Assembly: GCA_038145405.1 (NCBI GenBank)
Contig: JAYQPQ010000001.1
Location: 16,532-80,531 of the forward strand
DNA: 64,000 nt
Direction of reading: 5' to 3'
From: Porticoccaceae bacterium
GTDB taxonomy: Bacteria; Pseudomonadota; Gammaproteobacteria; Pseudomonadales; GM7GCV1
Below the pieces are notes generated by a model. The model searched no databases. It had not been told where the DNA came from and was given only the letters and a program-made list of their open reading frames with translations. A program made the translations under genes and the position numbers. Positions within the stretch are counted from its first letter, which is position 1. The number at the start of each line of letters is the position of its first letter. Below, one piece after another: positions 9,276 through 20,368 of the stretch.

Positions 9276-10783
9276 CTGAGGAAGAGGCGATAGGCCTGGT
9301 TGTCGGACTCGTCCCAGAATTCATATTGCAGAGCTTCGAAGGACTGCCGCAGTGCACCGCGCTCAGCGGCAGGAACCTGCATGCCAAGCAATACACGGCC
9401 GAAGGCAGCACCGTGGTTGCGATAGTGGAACATGGAAATATTCCACTGTGCGCCCAGGGTGTTGAGGAATTTCATCAGAGCGCCGGGGCGCTCCGGAAAC
9501 TCGAAGCGGTAGACCACCTCGTCCAGATTAGTCGGGGCATGCCCGCCCACCATGTGGCGGATGTGCAGCTTGGCGACCTCGTTGTCAGTGAGATCGATGA
9601 CAGGATAGCCTTTTTCCACTAGTTGCATCACCAGCGCCTGACGATCCTCGTCTGAACTCACCTGCACGCCGACATAAATCTGGGCGTCGTGCGCATCGGC
9701 AAAGCGGTAGTTGAATTCGGTGATGTTGCGCTTGCTGAGAGCCGCGCAAAAGCGCCGGAAACTGCCGGGCTGCTCGGGGATGGTGACGGCCAGTACCGCC
9801 TCGCGCTTTTCGCCGATCTCGGTGCGCTCAGAAATATAGCGCAGCCGATCGAAATTCATGTTGGCGCCGCAATTGATGCCAATCAGCGTTTTGCCCTTCA
9901 GGCCCTTCTGCTGGCAATACTTCTTGATGCCGGCAACGGACAGAGCGCCGGCCGGTTCGACGATGGAGCGGGTATCCTCGAAGATGTCCTTGATCGCCGC
10001 GCAGATCTCATCCGTGCTCACAGTGACCACTTCGTCGACCAACTTGCGCAGGATGGGGAAGGTTTTTTCGCCCACCTGAGCCACGGCGACGCCATCGGCA
10101 AACAGGCCGACCTGGGGCAATTTCACACGGCGACCTGCCTTCATTGCGGCGTCGAAACAGGCAGCATCTGCCGGCTCGACGGCGATAATTTTCAACTCCG
10201 GCCGCAAATACTTAAGATAGGTCGCTACTCCCGCGGCCAGGCCGCCTCCACCCACGGCAATAAAGACCGCTTCGATCTCGCCCTGGTACTGGCGCAGAAT
10301 TTCCACGCCAATGGTGCCCTGGCCGGCGATCACATCGGGATCGTCGTAGGGATGGATATAGGTGTAGCCCTTTTCCTTGGCCAGCGTCTTGGAATAGGCC
10401 GAGGCCTCGTCGTAGGTATCGCCATGCAGAATGACTTTGGCGCCGCGTGCGCGCACGGCATCCACCTTGATCTGTGGCGTAGTGCGCGGCATGACAATGA
10501 CAGCCTTGATGCCGAGATGACCGGCACCCAGGGCAACGCCCTGCGCGTGATTGCCTGCAGACGCGGCGATTACGCCGGCCTTGCGCTGCGCTTCGGTAAG
10601 GCTCAGCAACTTGTTGTAGGCGCCGCGGATCTTGAAGGAAAAAACCGGCTGCAAGTCTTCCCGCTTCAGCCAAACGGCATTTTCCACCCGCGAGGAAATC
10701 AGCGGGGCATGCTCCAGCGGTGTTTCCCGCACCAGATCGTAGATGCGCGAAGCCAGAATATTCTTGATGTAACGCTCGCTCAT
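9272..10783 (-). CDS. ilvA: Biosynthetic threonine ammonia-lyase (threonine dehydratase)
   Basis: PLP lysine motif (FSFKIRGAYN) and GGGGL loop, plus two C-terminal ACT-like regulatory repeats. 503 aa. Confidence 0.92.
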   Translation of the reverse strand: MSERYIKNILASRIYDLVRETPLEHAPLISSRVENAVWLKREDLQPVFSFKIRGAYNKLLSLTEAQRKAGVIAASAGNHAQGVALGAGHLGIKAVIVMPRTTPQIKVDAVRARGAKVILHGDTYDEASAYSKTLAKEKGYTYIHPYDDPDVIAGQGTIGVEILRQYQGEIEAVFIAVGGGGLAAGVATYLKYLRPELKIIAVEPADAACFDAAMKAGRRVKLPQVGLFADGVAVAQVGEKTFPILRKLVDEVVTVSTDEICAAIKDIFEDTRSIVEPAGALSVAGIKKYCQQKGLKGKTLIGINCGANMNFDRLRYISERTEIGEKREAVLAVTIPEQPGSFRRFCAALSKRNITEFNYRFADAHDAQIYVGVQVSSDEDRQALVMQLVEKGYPVIDLTDNEVAKLHIRHMVGGHAPTNLDEVVYRFEFPERPGALMKFLNTLGAQWNISMFHYRNHGAAFGRVLLGMQVPAAERGALRQSFEALQYEFWDESDNQAYRLFLS

Positions 10784-10870
10784 GGGGAGGTTCGAGGCCC
10801 GTTTCTCATTGGGTTTGTTGGCCGTGATGCCTTAACATGGTATCACCATTGCCGCACATGATAATTACCC

Positions 10871-11542
10871 ATGAACCAGGACGAAAAGAAAAAAGCCGTG
10901 GCTCAGGCCGCCCTCGACTACAGTCTGGCCCTCCTGCCGCGCGGCGCTACGATCGGCATTGGCACCGGCTCGACGGCCAATCTTTTTATCGACCTGCTGG
11001 CGGCACATCGCGACCACTTTGCCGGCGCCGTTTCGAGTTCCGAGGCGTCGTCCAAACGGCTGCTTCAGCACGGCTTTCAGGTGTTTGAGCTGCAGGATGT
11101 CGACCGACTCGGGCTCTATGTGGACGGTGCCGATGAGATCAATCCGTCACTGGAACTGATCAAGGGCGGCGGCGGAGCACTGACGCGCGAAAAGATCGTT
11201 GCCGCAGCAGCCGATCACTTCTTATGCATCGTCGACGACAGCAAACAGGTCGAGGTGCTGGGAGCCTTTCCACTGCCTGTCGAAGTGATTCCGATGGCCG
11301 TGCGCCTGGTGGCGAACCGACTGGCTGCACTCGGCGGTCAGCCCGAACTGCGACAGGGATTTATTACCGACAACGCCAATCTGATTTTGGATGTGCAGGG
11401 GTTACACATAGACCAAGCCAGGGAACTGGAAACGGAAATCAACCAGATTACCGGCGTGGTGTGTAATGGGCTATTTGCGTGCCGACCGGCGGACACCGCG
11501 CTGGTGGGCACCAGCAGCGGCGTAGTCATCAGGCTGGACTAA
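10871..11542 (+). CDS. rpiA: Ribose-5-phosphate isomerase A
   Basis: [16 protein letters not shown] and [13 protein letters not shown] motifs. Confidence 0.92.
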
Positions 11543-12051
11543 TCGTTATCCAGGCAACCGAAAGTTCTCTGGGTCACCATCTCGCTGGGATCCTCAGGGT
11601 TCGTCGCTGTAATGGTCACCACGCCAAAATCCGACGTAGTCGAGGTGTCCTCCGAGAGAGGGATCGGCGCGATACTGAAACCCTTGGACGAGGTATTGGG
11701 AACCACAAACTCGGCGTCCGTATTCAGCTTGCAGTTGTCGAGCGTAATACTGATGGTTGAACCCGATTGCAGATAGCCATTATAGCGGCCAGAGACATAG
11801 GCGTAGACCGTTTTCGCTCCGCCGGTAACATCCACCGTCGAGCTACCGCGGTAGGTGCCGTCATCGTTGTACATGCCAATATAGGGTGTAGCACCGGCCA
11901 TCAGCACGACGACGCTGTCGCGCACGTAAATAGGGTCTTTTGTGCAAGCAGCTACACTTAAGGCATCGTCGGAACAGCAGGGGTCATTGAAAATGCCATC
12001 GCCAATTCCTCCGTTAGTTGACTTGCCATCCGTATCGCCATCATATCGCAT
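11539..12051 (-). CDS. Hypothetical protein (orphan, D/G/T/S-rich, no signal peptide)
   Basis: The only long ORF in the 0.5-kb rpiA-fba gap. It looks codon-periodic but uses more A/T-ending codons than its neighbours. Its ATG directly abuts the T-run of the fba terminator, leaving no room for an RBS. No family recognised. Confidence 0.4.
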
Positions 12052-12082
12052 AAAAAAGGGGGCAATTAGCCCCCCTTTTTTT
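12052..12082 (-). terminator. Rho-independent terminator of fba (bidirectional shape)
   Basis: AAAAAA-GGGGGC-aatta-GCCCCCC-TTTTTTT, 20 nt downstream of the fba stop. Confidence 0.8.
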
Positions 12083-12102
12083 CCGACCTTTTCACCTGCA
12101 GA

Positions 12103-13167
12103 TCAGTTGACCTTCGGGTCGAGTGCGCCACTGGCGTAACGCTTGAACATGGCCTCGAGACTGCGGGCGCGAATTTTCTCCGCCTGACCCGCGGTGCCAA
12201 AGGCTTCGTAGCGCGCCAGACAGATTTCCTTCATAGCCTTGGTAGAGGCCGCCAGGTATTTGCGCGGGTCGAATTCAGAAGGGTTCTGAGCCAGAAAGCG
12301 ACGGATGGCGCCGGTTGAGGCCAGGCGCAGGTCGGTGTCAATATTGACCTTGCGCACCCCGTGTCGGATGCCCTCCTGGATTTCCTCGACGGGTACGCCG
12401 TAGGTTTCCGGAATTTTGCCGCCAAATTCGTTGATCACCTTGAGCCACTCCTGCGGCACCGAGGACGAACCGTGCATAACCAGATGGGTATCCGGGATGC
12501 GGGCGTGAATGGCCTTGATGCGATCGATGTCAAGAATGTCCCCGGTGGGCGGACGGCTGAACTTATAGGCCCCATGGCTGGTACCGATGGCAATGGCCAG
12601 GGCATCTACCTTGGTCGCCTTGACGAACTCCGCTGCTTCATCCGGATCGGTCAGCAGCATGCTGTGATCCAGCGTACCCTCGGCACCCACGCCATCCTCT
12701 TCGCCAGCCTGCCCGGTTTCCAGCGAGCCGAGACAGCCCAATTCACCTTCCACGGAAACGCCGCAGGCGTGCGCCATGGCAACGGCGCGTTGGGTAACGG
12801 CGACGTTGTAGTCATAAGACGCCGGCGTCTTGCCGTCTTCCTTCAAAGAGCCATCCATCATGACAGAGGTAAAACCAAGTTGAATGGAGCGTTGGCAAAC
12901 ATCCGGGCTGGTACCGTGATCCTGGTGCATGACCACCGGGATGTGGGGGAACTCCTCGACCGCTGCCAGAATCAGGTGGCGCAAAAAGGGTGCGCCGGCG
13001 TATTTGCGGGCCCCGGCAGAGGCCTGCAAAATCACCGGGGAAGAGGCTTCATCCGCGGCCTCCATGATGGCCCGCATCTGCTCCAGATTATTGACATTGA
13101 ATGCCGGCACGCCATAACCGTGTTCGGCGGCGTGATCGAGCAGTTGGCGCATACTGATCAAGGACAT
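12103..13167 (-). CDS. fba: Class II fructose-bisphosphate aldolase
   Basis: 354 aa with [16 protein letters not shown] and NIDTD motifs. Last gene of the tkt-epd-pgk-fba block. Confidence 0.92.
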
Positions 13168-13191
13168 AAGAAACTCCTGTTCGTTGTGGGG

Positions 13192-14337
13192 TCAGGCCCG
13201 CTGTTCCAGCGCGGCTATGGCGGGCAGCTTCTTGCCTTCCATGTACTCGAGGAAGGCACCACCACCGGTTGAGATATAGGATATTTTGTCGGCCACGGCA
13301 AACTTTTCAATGGCGGCCAGGGTGTCGCCTCCCCCAGCTACCGAATAGGCACTGGATGCCGCAATCGACTCGGCCAGAGCCGCGGTGCCGCCAGCAAAGG
13401 CGGGGAATTCAAACACGCCCACCGGCCCATTCCAAAGAATAGAAGCAGCGGCGCGGATCATGGCATCAAACTGCAGGCGCGTCTGCGGACCGATATCCAG
13501 AATCATATCGTCGTCGGCCACCTGATCCAGGTTCTTTACCTCAGCGCTTGCCTGCTCGGAAAATTCCTTGGCTGTCACGACATCCAGCGGCAGGGGAATA
13601 TCGCACTTCTCCATCAGGGCGCGGGCAGTATCCAGCAAGTCCGGTTCACACAGGGATTTGCCGACTGCGAAGCCTGCCGCCGCCAGGAAAGTATTGGCAA
13701 TACCGCCACCAACAATGATCTGATCCACCTTGCTGGAGAGCGAGTCCAGCACCTCCAGCTTGGAGGAGACCTTGGAGCCTCCGACGATAGCCAGAGCCGG
13801 TCGACGCGGACTTTCCACCACGGCTTGCAGGGCCTCGACCTCGGCGGTCAGCAACAGGCCGGCACAGGCCAGGGGCGCGCATAGGATGACTCCATGCGTT
13901 GAGGCCTGTGCGCGGTGCGCTGTACCAAAGGCGTCCATCACAAAAATGTCGCAGAGCGCGGCGTAGCGCTGTGATAGGTTGGCATCATCGTCGCTCTCAC
14001 CGGCATTGAAGCGGACGTTATCCAGCATAATCAGTTGGTCGTCGGGTAACCCCTGCTGCCAGTCTTGTACCAGACGCACCTTCTGACCGAGCAGCGCGGC
14101 CAAGTCTTCGGCGACCGGGCGCAGCGAGTTCTCCTCGTCGACCACGCCTTCCTTGGGGCGGCCCAGGTGGGATATCAGAATCACCTGTCGTGCACTGTCC
14201 AGGGCCAGACGAATCGTTGGCAAAGCGGCGCGAATGCGCGCATCTGAAGTCACCTTACCCGCCTTGACCGGCACATTGAAATCCACGCGGATCAGCAGGC
14301 GCTGGTTGGCAAGATTCAGATCGGCAAGCTTTTTCAT
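13192..14337 (-). CDS. pgk: Phosphoglycerate kinase
   Basis: RVDFNVP, SHLGRP and STGGGA(F)LE motifs. Confidence 0.92.
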
Positions 14338-14358
14338 TCCCTTATTATTTCCACCAAA

Positions 14359-15372
14359 CTATTTCAAACGGGTCCAAAGCGCGGCGATGTCCAACATGCG
14401 ATTAGCAAAGCCCCACTCGTTATCAAACCAAAGCAGCAATTTCACCAGATGGCCGTTGGCGACGGAGGTCTGCGCCGCATCGACGATGGCAGAGCGCGCG
14501 TCGTGCACAAAGTCCGCGGACACCAGGGGTTCTTCGGTGTAACCCAGAATGCCCTCCAGCGCACCCTGGCCGGCACCGCTGAGGCAGGCATTTACCTGCG
14601 CGACCGACACTTGGCTGCGCAACTGCAGGGTCAGGTCAATGGCGGACACGTCGGCCAGCGGAATACGCATGGCGCGCGCCTCGAGTCGCCCTTTCAGATG
14701 GGGTAATACCCGCTCAACGCCGCGCGCCAGACCGGTGTCGACCGGAATCATGGAGGCATAGGCAGCGCGGTTTTTGCGCAGGTCGTGATTGTGGTAAGCA
14801 TCCATGACGGGCTGGTCATTCATGGCGGCATGCAGCGTGCGGATGCTGCCAGCCTCGATACCGAAGGCGGCGTCCAGCGCCTGGATCACCGGCACCACGC
14901 AGTTGGTGGTGCAGGAACCGGCCGAAACGACGCGTTGCGTTGCAGTCAGCTGCAGATGGTTGACGCCCATGATGATAGTGGCGTCGACATCGGCTTCCGC
15001 TGGCTGGGAAAAGAGTACGCGTCGCGCACCGGCTGCCAGGTGTTGCTCGGCTGTGGCGCGATCGGTAAAGGCGCCGGAACTCTCCAGGACCAAATCGATA
15101 CCGGCAGACTTCCAGGGCATCTGGGCCGGCTGGGTCTGATGACTGAGGGCGATACGGCGTCGGCCGACGTGCAGCGATTCACCTTCGAGCTCGACCGCCT
15201 CGGGGAAGCGGCCGTGAGTGGTGTCGAAGCGCGTCAGATAGGCCATGGCAGCGGCATCGGCGGGCTCGTTGATCGCCACCAGTTCCAGGCCGTCGCGATC
15301 CCCGCGTTCCGCCAGGGCGCGCAGCAGGCAGCGTCCGATTCGTCCAAAGCCGTTAATGGCAATGCGTGTCAT
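14359..15372 (-). CDS. epd: Erythrose-4-phosphate dehydrogenase-like GAPDH-family enzyme
   Basis: INGFGRIGR and the catalytic SCTTNC motif. HAAMNDQPVMDAYH resembles E. coli Epd (HSAMHDQQVIDAYH) more than GapA, and the gene sits in the epd-pgk-fba position. Epd versus GapA activity cannot be decided from the sequence. Confidence 0.8.
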   Translation of the reverse strand: MTRIAINGFGRIGRCLLRALAERGDRDGLELVAINEPADAAAMAYLTRFDTTHGRFPEAVELEGESLHVGRRRIALSHQTQPAQMPWKSAGIDLVLESSGAFTDRATAEQHLAAGARRVLFSQPAEADVDATIIMGVNHLQLTATQRVVSAGSCTTNCVVPVIQALDAAFGIEAGSIRTLHAAMNDQPVMDAYHNHDLRKNRAAYASMIPVDTGLARGVERVLPHLKGRLEARAMRIPLADVSAIDLTLQLRSQVSVAQVNACLSGAGQGALEGILGYTEEPLVSADFVHDARSAIVDAAQTSVANGHLVKLLLWFDNEWGFANRMLDIAALWTRLK

Positions 15373-15375
15373 GGA

Positions 15376-17376
15376 TTAGCTTTTCAGCATCTCCCGCACG
15401 GTGGCAACCAAATTCTCGGCAATGAAGCCAAAGTGCTTCATCAGCGTAGGTCCAGGCGCCGACTCGCCGAAGCGATCGATGCCCTGCACGCGCCCGTCTA
15501 GCCCCACCAGCTTGAACCAGATATCGGGATGGCCTGCTTCGACGGCCAGGCGTCGTCGCACACGAGCGGGCAGCACCGCCTCGCGATAGGCCGCATCCTG
15601 GGCCAGGAAGACCTCGACACAGGGCAGCGACACCAGGCGCACGGCCGCGCCAGCAGCCTGCAATTCTCGCGTTGCCTGCTGGGCAATATCTACCTCGGAA
15701 CCCGTTGCCAGAATGATGGCGTCCGGCGTGCCGGCACAGTCGATCAGCACATAGCCTCCGCGCTGCACCGCGTCCAACTGGGCCGCATCGCGCGTCATAC
15801 AGGGTAGATTCTGACGACTCAAAATCAAAGCCGTGGGGCCGTTGCGGCGTGTGATCGCCGCGGTCCAGGCCGCCGCGGTTTCCACACTGTCGCAGGGACG
15901 CCATGTATGCATATTGGGCGTGACGCGCAGGGTAGTGAGTTGCTCGATGGGCTGGTGCGTCGGCCCGTCTTCGCCCAGGCCAATAGAGTCGTGGGAAAAA
16001 ACAAAGATCGATTGCTGGTGCATCAGCGCCGCCATGCGTACGGCATTGCGCGCGTAGTCCATGAACACCAGGAAGGTACCAGCGTAGGGAATAAAACCGC
16101 CGTGCAGGGCGAGGCCGTTGGCAATTGCCGCCATGCCAAACTCGCGTACGCCATAGTGCAGGTAGTTGCCATCGGCATGGTCGGCGTCAAAGGTGGTCGA
16201 GCCCTTCCACTTGGTGTTGTTTGATCCGCTCAGATCAGCCGATCCACCGATCAGTTCGGGCAGACCCGGAGCCAGGGCTTCAAGGCAATTCTGTGAAGAT
16301 TTACGGGTAGCCAGTTTGGCGCCCTGCTGATGGGCATCCTGCAGCAGGCGAGCGGCAGTTTCGGTGAACGCGGCGGGGAGATCGCCACGCATACGTCGCT
16401 CGAACTCGGCTCCCAACTCGGGGAACTCGCTGCGATAGCTTTGCCAAATCTCCTGCCACTTGGCTTCGGCGGCCTCGCCTGCCTGACGCGCATCCCACTG
16501 ATCGCGCAGCGCCTGGGGAATTTCAAAAGGCGCATGCGACCAGCCCAATGCCTTGCGCGTCGCCGCAATTTCCTCGTCGCCGAGGGGCGCGCCGTGGGTG
16601 TCGGCGGTGCCCTGCAGATTCGGGGCGCCAAAGCCAATCACTGTGCGGCAGCAGATCAGCGTGGGGCGGTCGGTATCTGCGCGCGCGGTTTCAATGGCGG
16701 CACGCACGGCGCCGGCATCGTGGCCGTCGACCTTCGGAATAACCTGCCAACCATAGGCTTCGAAACGCTTGGCCGTCTTGTCGGTAAACCAGCCGCTGAC
16801 ATCGCCGTCGATGGAAATCTGGTTGTCGTCGTAAAACACAATCAGTTTGCCCAGCCGCCAGGTACCGGCCAGCGAACATGCCTCGTGGGAGATACCCTCC
16901 ATCAGGCAGCCGTCGCCGGCAAAGACATAGGTGAAGTGATCGACGATCTCGTGATTCTTGCGATTGAAACGGGCCGCCAGCATCTTTTCTGCCAGGGCCA
17001 GGCCCACGGCGTTGGCGAGCCCCTGACCCAGTGGACCGGTAGTGGTCTCGACGCCAAGCGTAAGCCCGTGCTCGGGATGGCCGGGCGTCTTTGATCCCAT
17101 CTGACGGAAATTGCGCAGCTCATCCACGCCCAGATCGTAGCCACTGAGGTGCAGCAGCGAGTAAAGCAGCATGGAACCGTGACCGTTGGAAAGCACGAAG
17201 CGATCGCGATTCCACCACCGGGGGTTGGTCGGATTGTGCTGCAGATAGTCGTGCCAGAGGACTTCGGCGATATCCGCCATACCCATGGGAGCGCCGGGAT
17301 GACCGCTGTTGGCAGCCTGCACGGCATCCATGCTGAGAAAGCGAATGGCATTGGCGCGATCACGTCGATTCGACAT
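15376..17376 (-). CDS. tkt: Transketolase
   Basis: [13 protein letters not shown] ThDP motif, [12 protein letters not shown] and the transketolase C-terminal domain. Start set at [14 protein letters not shown] (ATG 17376) rather than ORF start 17433. Confidence 0.92.
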
Positions 17377-17513
17377 CTGGGGTTCCAGCGGGACAAGGGC
17401 GCCTATTGTCTCCAAGACGTCTAGCCCAGACAACCGCGCCGAGGTCCCCTAGGGTGGTTTAGCTGCAATATTCACCTATAATTCATGCTTTCCATTCGAG
17501 CCGGGTTCTCGAA

Positions 17514-18439
17514 ATGTCCCCAAGCCAGAAAAAATGCTTGGCGGCGGCCTTGCTGGGGATGCTTTGTAGCCCGGCCCTGGGGCAAACGCCGTCCAGTCTC
17601 GACGCGCTGCTGCAGCGCAGCAGCGAGCTGCTGTCTCAGCGCCAGATGTAGGAAGCCATCGACCTGCTGGAAGCGCGTCGCGCGACCTACCCCGACAGCC
17701 CGGAACTGCTCAACAAGCTGGGTAGCGTCTCGGTGCAGGGCTGCCTTAGTCAGGCGCTGCAGGAAAGCGGCCACTTCTCCGTGCAGGGGCGCCCCTTGGC
17801 GCACAAGATCTACCCCAGCTGGCCGGACGCCAGCCGCTGGGTCGCGTTCTGCTGATCCGCGGCATACACGGCGACGAGTACGGTTCGATCTCCGTGGTGT
17901 TCAAGTAGATGGATATTCTCGATATCCACCACTCCGGATTGTTTCACTGGAAATTTGTGCCGCTGAGCAATCCCGGCGGCCTGCTGCGCGACCGATCACA
18001 GCGCCAGAACGCCAACGGCGTCTACCTCAACCGCAACTTCCCGTCGGCAGACTGGGATGAACTGGCGCTGACTTATTGGCGCGAACGCGCGGGCAGTAAC
18101 GAGCGGCGCTACCCCGGGGCGAGCGCAGCCAGCGAACCGGAGGTGCACTCGCTGGTTGAGGAAATGCGGAATTTTCAGTTCGACATCATCGTGTCAGTGC
18201 ATGCGCCCTTCCATCTGGTGGACTACGATGGCCCACACACGGCACCGGAACAGATTGGGGAATTATCTCTGCGTCGTCTGGGCGTCTACCCGGGATCATT
18301 GGGCAACTATGGCGGTATCGACCTCAACATCCCGGTGGTCACCATCGAGCTCCCCTATGCCGGCATCATGCCCACGTCTCAGCACATCACCAGTATGCGG
18401 ACAGATCTGGTGGCCTGGCTGATACAAGAACTGGGTTAG
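17514..18439 (+). pseudogene. Disrupted M14-family zinc carboxypeptidase / murein peptide amidase-like gene
   Basis: The reading starts with a signal peptide (MSPSQKKCLAAALLGMLCSPALG) and is then broken three times:
- an in-frame TAG at 17649-17651
- a frame change between about 17810 and 17853 (frame 0 ends at TGA 17853; frame 2 carries GRVLLIRGIHGDEYGS)
- an in-frame TAG at 17906-17908

The remaining open 176-aa tail still has the M14 ligand and catalytic motifs (HGDE, SVHAP, VVTIELPY). Confidence 0.6.
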
Positions 18440-19428
18440 GGCTTCACGGCGCGGGGAAACTGGCCTTTGGCCTGTTGGTCGGCGTGGTAGGACGAGCGCA
18501 CCAAAGGCCCGCAGGCGGCCTGAGAAAAACCAATACTTAGCGCATAGGCTTCCAGCTCAGCGAACTCATCTGGGTGCACATAGCGATGCACGGGGTAGTG
18601 ATCCTTCGAGGGCTGCAGGTACTGCCCCACCGTCAGCATATCCACCTGATGCTCGCGCAAGTCGTCCAGCACAGCGCGCAATTCGTCGAGCGTCTCACCC
18701 ATACCAACCATCAGGCCGGACTTGGTCGGCACCTGTGGATTGCGCTGCTTGAACTGCTGCAGCAAATCCAGCGACCACTCATAACTGGCTCCGGGGCGAG
18801 CTTGCAGATAGAGGCGCGGCACGGTTTCCAGATTGTGATTAAACACATCCGGCGGCTGCTGGGTAAGCACTTCCAGTGCCGGCTCCATGCGGCCGCGAAA
18901 ATCCGGGGTCAGTATTTCAATCTGCAGGCGCGGCGAATAATGGCGCGCAAGGCGAATACACTCGGCAAAGTGAGCAGCACCGCCGTCGCGCAAATCGTCG
19001 CGATCCACCGAGGTGATCACGACATAGTTCAGCCCCATCTCGGCGATCGCTTCGGCCAGTTCGCGCGGCTCGCTCGCATCCGGCGGCTTGGGTTTGCCGT
19101 GCCCCACATCGCAGAAGGGGCAGCGGCGAGTACAAATTTCGCCCATCACCATGAAGGTGGCCGTGCCGCCACCGAAGCATTCGCTCAGGTTGGGGCAGTT
19201 GGCCTCCTCGCAGACGGTCGCCAACTTGTGTTTGCGCAGCAGCGATTTGACCCGGTTGACCTCCGGGTCGGCACCAATGCGTACCCGAATCCACGGCGGC
19301 TTGCGCAGTTCCGGCCCCTGTTCGGGAACGATCGGAATCAGGCGCACCTTGTCGGCATCGCGCAGTTTCACGCCAGCGGACTGAGGCTGGCTGCGACGCG
19401 GTGGCTTGAGGGTAGATTCGGACATCAA
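18436..19428 (-). CDS. lipA: Lipoyl synthase
   Basis: Radical-SAM CxxxCxxC (CTRRCPFC) plus the N-terminal CEEANCPN cluster motif. Confidence 0.92.
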
Positions 19429-20102
19429 GAGTGGGCCTGGATGGTGTGATTGGGAAGTGAGAACTGCACTGGGCCGGCATTATAACCAAGTCGCTGTGCG
19501 AATTCCCCGCCGAGGCGAGCCGCTACCAGGGCAACATCCGGGCAGGGCTTTACCCAGTCGCAGAGCTGAGTAACTGGCACACCCAGACCACAGGGGTTGA
19601 TACCCGCCCAGGGCGCCATATCCATAGCGACGTTAAAGGCCAGCCCGTGATAGGTGCGTCCGCGACTGACGCGCAATCCCAGGGCTGCAATCTTGGCTCC
19701 TTCCACATAGACGCCGGGTGCATCGGCCCATGCACGCGCCGGAATGCTCCAGTCTGCCAGCACGGCAATTACCGCTTCTTCAATCAGGCTGACCAGCTGG
19801 CGCACGCCCATGCCCAAGCGGCCGATGTCGAGCAGCAGGTACTGGGTCAGTTGACCGGGGCCGTGATAGGTGATCTGGCCGCCGCGATCAATGCGTACGA
19901 CTGGAATATCGCCGGCATTCAGCAGGTGCATATCCTTGCCGGCACGCCCTTGGGTGTAAACCGGCCGATGTTGCAGGTTCCAGATTTCGTCAGCCGTATG
20001 GGCTTCGCGATTGGCGGTGAATTTCTGCATGGCTAGGTAGGTTTCCTGGTAGTCGCGCAGGCCAAGATCGCGCAACACCAGGGGGGCACTACCCGCGGTC
20101 AC
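19425..20102 (-). CDS. lipB: Octanoyltransferase (lipoyl(octanoyl) transferase)
   Basis: [13 protein letters not shown] motif. ATGA overlap with lipA. Confidence 0.9.
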
Positions 20103-20368
20103 AACACCATCTTCACCAGTTGACTGGTGCGCAGTTCGGCATTCAGCGCGCTGAGCTGATCTTCGCCGGTGGCGCGGATAAAGAGCGTGATGGACTGGTA
20201 GTTGCCATGGCGCGAATCGCGGACTTCCATGCGCGCTGTATCAAAACCGGGTGCGTGCCGTTCCACCACCGTCAGCACGTGTTCGCGAAAGGCGACCCGG
20301 GACTCCCCCACGACCTTGATGGGATAGTCCTCGCAGGGGAAGGCAATGCTGACTTCAGCCGTGGACAT
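20099..20368 (-). CDS. ybeD: YbeD family protein (DUF493)
   Basis: 89 aa, in the conserved position between dac and lipB. Confidence 0.8.
   Translation of the reverse strand: MSTAEVSIAFPCEDYPIKVVGESRVAFREHVLTVVERHAPGFDTARMEVRDSRHGNYQSITLFIRATGEDQLSALNAELRTSQLVKMVL

Noticed and set aside
9689-10861. A 390-aa plus-strand ORF antisense to ilvA. Similar long shadow ORFs lie at 3529-4578, 12361-13272, 24406-25395, 30165-31166, 33224-34072, 38511-39461, 45634-46386, 47480-48223, 51465-52247 and 59300-60424.
   Set aside because: Each lies entirely opposite a gene with strong family motifs. Their products are Arg/Gly/Ala/His-rich and low in complexity, with no recognisable domains. Long antisense open frames are expected in GC-rich DNA.
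12052-12105. TGA read-through of fba into the in-frame orphan ORF (17 sense codons between them).
   Set aside because: The intervening sequence is a strong intrinsic terminator hairpin with a U-tract. Sharing a frame has a one-in-three chance expectation, and there is no recoding signal.
17649-17908. The two in-frame TAG codons read as programmed recoding (pyrrolysine or suppression).
   Set aside because: A frameshift also lies between them. No pyl genes or PYLIS-like context are visible, and TAG is used as a normal stop by neighbouring genes. Decay or sequence error is the simpler explanation.
17485-18060. A 191-aa plus-strand ORF and a 110-aa minus-strand ORF (17472-17804) covering the tkt-lipA spacer.
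   Set aside because: Both are Arg/Cys/Pro-rich and motif-free. The other two plus-strand frames together give a coherent signal peptide plus M14 peptidase reading, so these are frame artefacts over a decayed gene.
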